In this document: piece by piece, positions 63,830 through 64,000 of the stretch | Position numbering within the stretch: the first letter of the stretch is position 1 | How the letters are laid out: each line of letters opens with the position of its first letter | Assembly: GCF_004010195.1 (NCBI RefSeq) | Contig: NC_057759.1 | Coordinates: forward strand, 4,144,301 to 4,208,300 | DNA: 64,000 nucleotides | Direction of reading: 5' to 3' | Source: Chiloscyllium plagiosum | Taxonomy: Eukaryota | Translations under genes and position numbers: made by a program | Notes under the pieces: generated by a model | The model's input: the letters and a program-made list of their open reading frames with translations, nothing else | The model's database searches: none | Told to the model about the DNA's origin: nothing

Positions 63830-64000
63830 CTCAGCACTGTGTTCCTATGCTGGATTCAGACAGGGATTTCCTGTCAATAACATCATTGCTTCAGCAAACA
63901 CCAACCCCAGTGTTTCCTGTTCCCTGTTCCCCTTACCCCCTGCCAACACCTGTCCAGTTCGAGGGAAACCCTTGTATCTGTGAAATTCACTCCATATCCT

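Overview
Eukaryotic, repeat-dominated genomic DNA with six assembly gaps. It is almost certainly from a shark (elasmobranch), judged from many HE1-type tRNA-derived SINEs and partner CR1 (HER1-like) LINEs. Most of the window is decayed retroelements: CR1 LINEs (three long plus-strand copies with zinc-finger/esterase ORF1 remnants), a second CR1/L2-group LINE family, Penelope-like elements whose terminal repeats carry minimal hammerhead ribozymes (often as inverted palindromes), and two Gypsy LTR elements of one family. The non-repeat DNA holds minus-strand exons, largely missed by the ORF track, that look like an immune-receptor cluster. These are an FCRL/LITR-type C2 Ig exon (43-309, donor mutated), a transmembrane exon resembling GPVI/NKp46-type activating receptors (10731-10884), two signal-peptide exons, a second TM-like exon with a YxxxxS motif, and several well-bounded 22-75 nt mini-exons. 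Many carry lesions, suggesting a birth-and-death pseudogene-rich locus. A probable heterozygous CR1 insertion has both alleles merged in the assembly at 14.2-15.3 kb. All calls were made by eye; TE boundaries are approximate.
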